Positions 59,556 to 64,000 of a stretch of 64,000 bases of DNA are shown piece after piece. How positions within the stretch are numbered: the stretch's first letter is position 1; each line of letters starts with the position of its first letter. A program made the translations under genes and the position numbers. The stretch spans positions 64,001 through 128,000 of the forward strand of contig JAXMOL010000009.1 in assembly GCA_034669905.1 (NCBI GenBank), given 5' to 3'. The notes beneath the pieces were generated by a model that was not told the origin of the DNA, did no database searches, and saw only the letters and a list, made by a program, of their open reading frames with translations. The stretch comes from Candidatus Hydrogenedentota bacterium (GTDB lineage: Bacteria; Hydrogenedentota; Hydrogenedentia; Hydrogenedentales; JAEUWI01).

Positions 59556-60473
59556 CTAATCAATGCGGCGGCGGGAAATGGCCTGTCCGATGAGATTCAC
59601 CGTCAAGACCAGGAGGACCAGTATCAGGGCCGCTGCCCAGGCCAGTTCCACCTGATTCTGAAAGGGGACGCCGGAAAAATTGTATATCAATACGGCGAGG
59701 GATGCCGTGGGCTGCATGAGCTCCACGTCGCCCCCGGCGGAGATCCAATAGTTGCTGAAGAGGGCCGTAAAGAGTAGCGGCGCGGTTTCACCCGCAGCCC
59801 GGGCAACCGCCAGCATGACGCCGGTGAGGATCCCCGGAAGGCTGGTAGGCAGAAGCACCATCCAGACACATTGAAAGTCGGTGGCGCCCATGCCGATGGC
59901 AGCCTCTTTCATCTTGCGGGGTACCATGCGCAGGGCCTCTTCGGCGGTCAGCATGACGGTGGGCAGCATGAGAATAGAGAGGGCCACACCACCGGCGACG
60001 GCCGAGAAGCCACCGGTCAAGAGCACGACGGCACCGTAGGCGAAGACACCGGCCAGAATGGAGGGGAAGCCGGTCAGGACTTTGCCGCAGAAACGTACGG
60101 TCTTGGCGAGGCGGGAATCGGGGGCGGTTTCGGCGAGGAAAAGGGCCGCCAGGACGCCCATGGGGACGGCAATGGCCGCTGCGATTCCGACCATGAGCAC
60201 CGTGCCGAGGATGGCGTTGCCAAAGCCGCCTCCTTCCTGCATGGGGCCGGGGGGGAGTTCGTAGAAAATGGCGAAGTTCAGACTCTTCCCTCCGCGATAG
60301 AATAGCATCAGTACAACGGAAATGAGCGGGATCAGGGCGAGGAGCGTCAAGATGCCCACCACCGTGCTCATACAAAAGCTGAAAAGGGAACGTTTGTTGC
60401 CCAGGCTCTTTTCCAGATGACGGGTATCATTCGTGAGTGCTGGGACTGCGCTGGGACGTATATTCGCATTCAT
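59556..60473 (-). CDS. pstA: Phosphate ABC transporter permease
   Basis: GFPSI, ARAAGETAPL; ATGA overlap with the pstC stop. Confidence 0.93.
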   Translation of the reverse strand: MNANIRPSAVPALTNDTRHLEKSLGNKRSLFSFCMSTVVGILTLLALIPLISVVLMLFYRGGKSLNFAIFYELPPGPMQEGGGFGNAILGTVLMVGIAAAIAVPMGVLAALFLAETAPDSRLAKTVRFCGKVLTGFPSILAGVFAYGAVVLLTGGFSAVAGGVALSILMLPTVMLTAEEALRMVPRKMKEAAIGMGATDFQCVWMVLLPTSLPGILTGVMLAVARAAGETAPLLFTALFSNYWISAGGDVELMQPTASLAVLIYNFSGVPFQNQVELAWAAALILVLLVLTVNLIGQAISRRRID

Positions 60474-61477
60474 CGGACTTCCTCCAGATTCTTGGATGCC
60501 CGCTGTAAGATGGCCGCGCCAATGATATTGACGATGAGCGTGATGGCGAGCAATACAAGCGCTGCATACATGAGGACACCCACTTCCTTCTGGCCAGCTT
60601 CCGGGAAATTGTTGGCGAGGAGTGCGGCCAGGGTGTTGGCGGGGGAGAAGAGGGAGACGCTGATGACATTGGCGTTTCCGACCAGCATGGCCAGCGCCAT
60701 GGTCTCTCCGAGGGCACGTCCAAAGGCCAACACCACCGCCCCGAAGAGGCCCGTGGCGGAGGTGGGGAGGATGACATAGAGAATGGCTTCCCAGCGGGTG
60801 GCGGCCATGCCGTAGGCGGCTTCCCGCAGTTTTTTCGGTACGGCATTCAGGGCGTCCCGCGAAATGGCGGCAATCGTGGGCAAGATCATTATCGCCAGAA
60901 CGAGTGATGCGGGGAGAAGGCCAGGGCCACTCAGGGGAGTGCCGAACGCAGGAAACCAACCCAGGGTTTCATGGAGGTAGTTTGCCACCGGACGTATCAT
61001 GGGGATGACGACAAAAATGCCCCAGAGCCCGTAGACCACGCTGGGGATGGCCGCGAGAAGCTCTACCAGATTCTTGAGAACATGCTCGAGCTGTTCGGGA
61101 AGGCGTCCCCACAGGGGGTGATACTGAAGATTGACCGTTTTCAGTACGGCAAAAACACCGTTACTGAGGAACCCCTCGGTTAAGAAGAGGGCGACGGAGA
61201 CCCCGAACACGGTACCAATCAGCAGGGCGAGTAAGGAGCTGTAGAGGGTGCCCCAGATCTCCGGGAGGATGCCGTACTCGCCCGTGTTGGCGTCCCAGGT
61301 GGTACCCACCATGAAGCCAAGTCCGTGTTGCCGAAACGCAGGAACGGCTTCCCAGGCGATCATGCAGACGATATAGACGACCAGGGCCACGGTCAACCAG
61401 GCAAATGAAAAGGTGGCAATTCGGAAGGCCTTGTTGGCCGTACGTTGTCCCGATGTGGGTGGCTGGGAGATAGACAT
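60470..61477 (-). CDS. pstC: Phosphate ABC transporter permease
   Basis: ELLAAIPSVVYGLWG, GRALGETMA. Confidence 0.95.
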   Translation of the reverse strand: MSISQPPTSGQRTANKAFRIATFSFAWLTVALVVYIVCMIAWEAVPAFRQHGLGFMVGTTWDANTGEYGILPEIWGTLYSSLLALLIGTVFGVSVALFLTEGFLSNGVFAVLKTVNLQYHPLWGRLPEQLEHVLKNLVELLAAIPSVVYGLWGIFVVIPMIRPVANYLHETLGWFPAFGTPLSGPGLLPASLVLAIMILPTIAAISRDALNAVPKKLREAAYGMAATRWEAILYVILPTSATGLFGAVVLAFGRALGETMALAMLVGNANVISVSLFSPANTLAALLANNFPEAGQKEVGVLMYAALVLLAITLIVNIIGAAILQRASKNLEEVR

Positions 61478-61500
61478 GCCTCAGGGCACCTTATGGTCGG

Positions 61501-61566
61501 GCGGGCCCCCAGAGGGAGCCCGCCGTGCAACGGTCGTATCCATACGCGGAGCGCGCACGCTCCGCG
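61501..61566 (-). promoter_or_regulatory. Two GC-rich hairpins between pstS and pstC
   Basis: CGCGGAGCG-cgca-CGCTCCGCG (61545-61566) and GCGGGC...GCCCGC (61501-61523); no U tract. Confidence 0.55.
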
Positions 61567-61571
61567 AAGAT

Positions 61572-62645
61572 TCAGGAGATAGTGTCGAGGGCCGCCTTGA
61601 CCTTGGCGACCACGTTTTCCGGCAAGGGGATGTAGCCGAGGGATTCGCTTTCGGCCTGGCCAGTGTCGAGGCAGTAGTTCACGACTTCTTTGAGTACGGA
61701 AGCCTTGGCTGCGTCTTCATAGGTCTTGTAGCACAGCAACCACGTGTAGGTGACGATGGGGTAGCTGGCTTCCCCGTCAGGATCGGAGATCCAGAGGATC
61801 AGGTCGTCGGGCATTTCCGCCATGGAGAGGGCTGCCTGGGCGGACGCCGTGGAGGGCGCCACAAAGGCACCGCTTTTGTTCTGCAACGAAGCCGTGGGCA
61901 GGTTCTGCCCCTTGGCGTAGCCGTATTCCACATAGCCGATGGCGCCCGGTGTGGTCATGATGCTGGCGGTGACGCCCTCATTGCCTTTGGAGCGGGTACC
62001 GACGGGCCAGTTGGGCATCTTGTTGGTGCCGGGGCTGGCCGCAAACTCGGTGTTGATCTCGCTCAGGTGCTTGGTGAAGACAAAGGTCGTGCCGCTGCTG
62101 TCCGCACGAACCACCACGTTGATGGGCAGGTCGGGGAGGGCAACTCCTTCGTTGGATGCCTGAATGGCGGGGTCATTCCAGCGGGTGACTTTCCCGAGAA
62201 AGATCCCTGTGTAGGTTTCGCGGGTCAGCTTGAGCCCTTCGATGCCGTCCAGGTTGTAGGCCAACACCACGCTACCGGCCGTCATGGGGAGCAGGACAAC
62301 GCCTTCCGAAACCTGGGCGATTTCTTCGGGCTTCATGGCCGCATCGCTGGCCCCGAAGTCTACGGTCTTGTCGATGAAGCTCTTCACGCCACTGCCGCTA
62401 CCGACCGACTGATAGTCAATCTGCACATTGCCCTGGGCATTCGAGAAATCCCGAAACCACTTGGTGTAGAGGGGGGCGGGGAAGCTGGCACCTGCGCCCT
62501 GCAGCTTCGTGAAGGTGGAAGCACGGCTGCTTTCGGCGGGGCTTCCCCCTTCGCTGGTCGAGCCGCCATTGCTTCCGGAACATCCGGAAAAGAGCATGGT
62601 CAGGCCCAGGGCCGTGATTCCGCCAATGGCAATAGATAAACGCAT
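61572..62645 (-). CDS. pstS: Phosphate-binding lipoprotein
   Basis: FSGC lipobox; GAGASFPAPLY, YQSVGSGSG, DFGASD, RADSSGTT, YPIVTYTW. Confidence 0.96.
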   Translation of the reverse strand: MRLSIAIGGITALGLTMLFSGCSGSNGGSTSEGGSPAESSRASTFTKLQGAGASFPAPLYTKWFRDFSNAQGNVQIDYQSVGSGSGVKSFIDKTVDFGASDAAMKPEEIAQVSEGVVLLPMTAGSVVLAYNLDGIEGLKLTRETYTGIFLGKVTRWNDPAIQASNEGVALPDLPINVVVRADSSGTTFVFTKHLSEINTEFAASPGTNKMPNWPVGTRSKGNEGVTASIMTTPGAIGYVEYGYAKGQNLPTASLQNKSGAFVAPSTASAQAALSMAEMPDDLILWISDPDGEASYPIVTYTWLLCYKTYEDAAKASVLKEVVNYCLDTGQAESESLGYIPLPENVVAKVKAALDTIS

Positions 62646-62732
62646 CCTGTAATTCTCCCTGTAGAGGTTTGGTTGGTTGCAATCATTCAGATTCCCAAGT
62701 GCAGTAATGGTACGCAACCAACAGGGGAATTC

Positions 62733-62760
62733 TGCGTGTTTTGTATGAGCATTTTGTTAG
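62733..62760 (-). promoter_or_regulatory. Candidate Pho-box-like direct repeats
   Basis: Minus strand CTAACA-aaatg-CTCATA-caaaa-CACGCA, 11-bp period, about 90 nt upstream of pstS. Confidence 0.4.
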
Positions 62761-62933
62761 GAAGGGGGCTTGGGCACCATTTTTATTCGCGGTGGAAAGG
62801 GGATTCCACGAGGCCGAAAAGGGGGATGGCGACCTGCCGGTAGGGTGCGCCGGAACTAAGGTGCGGAAAATACGTTTTTTCTGGGGGGATTCGCTGGAAA
62901 GGGTACCCCGTGGGGGCTTTTCAGGTACCTGTC

Positions 62934-63773
62934 TCAGGGCCCTGCGCTGGGGCCAAAAATCGGCGTGAGAAAAGATTCCCAGGCGGATTCATAGACGGTG
63001 GGGGAGGCGGCGTAGCCATTGTTGTGGCCCCCCTGGATGGGGACGAAGGTCTTGGGTTCGTTGGCACGCTGAAACAGGGCCTCCCCCTGGGAAAAGGGGA
63101 TGACTTCATCCTGCGGACTGTGGAGGATGAGCAGGGGGGCATGGACGTCGCCAATCTTCTTCCCCGAATCAAAGCGGTAGCTCAGCAGCCAGATCCACGG
63201 GCGATAGACGGGTATATCCCACGCGACGTCGGCGGTGGAAAGAAAGGTGCTCTCCAGGATAACCGCGCCTGGTGTTACGCGGGTGGCGAGCTCTGTGGTG
63301 GGGCCACCGCCGAGAGACCGGCCATAGAGGAGGATGTCTTCCGGCGCAACGTCCCGGGTGCTGACCAGATACTCCCACATGGCGGCAATGTCGGCGTAGC
63401 AGCGTTCCTCGGACGGGGCACCCGTGCTGTGGCCAAAGCCGCCATAGTCGTAGGCCAACACGGAATAACCAAGGTTCCGCAGAATGGCGATGTTTTCCAA
63501 CCGGTAGGAGAGGTTGCCCGCGTTGCCATGGGAAAAGAGCACGACGCCCCGATGGTTTTTCAGGGGAACATACCACCCGTGGGTTTCGTATCCTGCCACC
63601 GCTAGACGCACGTCTTCATAGTCCCAGCCCCGTGCGCCGGGGTCGGTCGTCATTGTCGGGTTCGCGCCAAAGATGAGGGTTCCTTGCAGGAAGTAGAGGA
63701 TGGCACCCAAGCCCAGATAGATGAGCAGGAGCATGCGTAATGCGCGGAGGACGTGGGACCGAAGTTGTTTCAT
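62934..63773 (-). CDS. Membrane-anchored alpha/beta hydrolase
   Basis: HGNAGN, DYGGFG, GRSLGG nucleophile motif, DEVIP, GGHN. Confidence 0.9.
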   Translation of the reverse strand: MKQLRSHVLRALRMLLLIYLGLGAILYFLQGTLIFGANPTMTTDPGARGWDYEDVRLAVAGYETHGWYVPLKNHRGVVLFSHGNAGNLSYRLENIAILRNLGYSVLAYDYGGFGHSTGAPSEERCYADIAAMWEYLVSTRDVAPEDILLYGRSLGGGPTTELATRVTPGAVILESTFLSTADVAWDIPVYRPWIWLLSYRFDSGKKIGDVHAPLLILHSPQDEVIPFSQGEALFQRANEPKTFVPIQGGHNNGYAASPTVYESAWESFLTPIFGPSAGP

Positions 63774-63859
63774 GGGGTGCCCTTTCAGAATGCCGAGGGG
63801 GATAGCTTACGGCATACGGGACGGGTTATCCCAATGGGTGGGCGAAAAGGAAAACGCCA

Positions 63860-63902
63860 TGGTGCCACCCGATCCCAGGCGACCACCGGTCGGGTGGCAC
63901 CA
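63860..63902 (-). terminator. Inverted repeat, probable terminator
   Basis: TGGTGCCACCCGA-17 nt-TCGGGTGGCACCA, with T runs a few nt downstream on the minus strand. Confidence 0.5.
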
Positions 63903-64000
63903 CCCCGATGTTCCTGTTGGCGTCGGAGTCCAGAGGAAGGTCGGGCGATCTGAATGCGGTCGCCCTGAAGAAAACGGGCGCGGTCAATGTCCGCGCCCGT

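Overview
Bacterial chromosomal window of roughly 60% GC (by eye). The gene content (PKD-repeat lipoprotein, DUF4280, many secreted hypotheticals) is compatible with a diderm such as Candidatus Hydrogenedentota, but that is inference only. Left to right: a truncated membrane sensor translationally coupled to a di-heme cytochrome c peroxidase homologue; an 11-PKD surface lipoprotein; a PEGA/PDZ protein; a CobW-type GTPase; and an orphan contractile-injection/T6SS-type cargo module. That module comprises a DUF4280 PAAR-like spike tip, a 1689-aa protein with two duplicated metzincin-like Zn-protease units, a small DUF4123-partner protein, a DUF4123 adaptor, and a free-standing ORF resembling a VgrG/PAAR C-terminal tail. 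Next come a Wzx/Wzy exopolysaccharide locus with a Walker-A-mutant Wzc, a redoxin, a metal-uptake cluster (cbiMLQO-like, Fur/Zur, znuACB, ZIP) and a cytoplasmic phosphorelay. The right part holds tRNA-Ile2(CAT)-rpoD-dnaG, a GT2/GT-C pair, tolA-tolB, smpB, a thioesterase, an atypical Ser/Thr kinase-like protein, pstSCAB and an alpha/beta hydrolase. I saw no CRISPR array, rRNA, integrase or transposase. The best candidate for a new system is the 8.7-15.7 kb module; the second is the catalytically degenerate peroxidase-sensor pair. All assignments come from motif reading, not database searches.
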